From Podarcis pityusensis (Eukaryota), in assembly GCA_964106645.2 (NCBI GenBank), contig OZ067043.1: DNA of 64,000 nucleotides; one strand, 5' to 3'. Below are positions 63,701-64,000 of the stretch, piece after piece; position 1 is the first letter of the stretch, and every line of letters begins with the position of its first letter. The notes beneath the pieces were generated by a model that was given only the letters and a program-made list of their open reading frames with translations, did no database searches and was not told the DNA's origin. The position numbers were made by a program, and so were the translations under genes.

Positions 63701-64000
63701 GATAACATGAATGAATATGAAGTGCTCTGCTGTTGGCAAGGATCGAAAAATGATGTTTTCCCACTAAACATAATATTAAGGCATGATCCTGCCATCCCAC
63801 TGAAATCAATGGAAGAAATGTGACTATTTACATATCTGTTTCCCATTGAAAGCAATTGTCACAAACTTATCTGGTTGGTGCCCTTAGAACTCAACCTGAT
63901 ATAAGTCCTCAGAACAAGAGTCTCTGCCAAACGTCTGTTTTTATTTTATTCAGATTACTTTTAATAATTTGCTTCCTTAGGACAAGGAAATATTTTCATT
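57760..64000 (-). other. Possible long 3' UTR of a convergent gene (TP53INP2 expected from synteny)
   Basis: Minus-strand AATAAA (TTTATT 57779-57784), AU-rich block 57970-58030, minus-strand TGTAAATA at 58022 and 58779; human order is GGT7-NCOA6-><-TP53INP2; no coding exon seen. Confidence 0.35.
62763..62808. mobile_element. 46-bp minimal hAT-like element
   Basis: TIR TAGGGTTGC / GCAACCCTA; TAAAACC directly repeated at 62756-62762 and 62809-62815. Confidence 0.65.

Noticed and set aside
63583-63855. Minus-strand ORF with SFFDPCQQQ vaguely like the TP53INP2 C-terminus
   Set aside because: No stop at the expected place and no upstream Arg-rich similarity; judged coincidental

Overview
Vertebrate genomic DNA from a squamate reptile, probably a lacertid lizard (inferred from BovB, tRNA/CORE SINEs and lizard-type hAT and Tc1/mariner MITEs). 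The + strand carries the last four coding exons of GGT7 (28-3502), then a CpG-island promoter (~12.45-13.56 kb) and the complete NCOA6 gene. My NCOA6 model has two non-coding exons and 13 coding exons (25632-50612). The CDS sums to 6111 nt (2036 aa), with both LxxLL motifs, one GC-AG intron and a poly(A) signal at 51177. The last ~6 kb look like a convergent minus-strand 3' UTR, by synteny probably TP53INP2, but no coding exon of it is visible. I find no convincing wholly new multi-gene system. The best second-look items are a tailless 5S rRNA retrocopy with a 13-bp target-site duplication, an inverted MITE pair flanking a uORF-bearing NCOA6 5'UTR exon, the GC-AG intron, and candidate poison exons and an RNA hairpin in the 9-kb NCOA6 intron.
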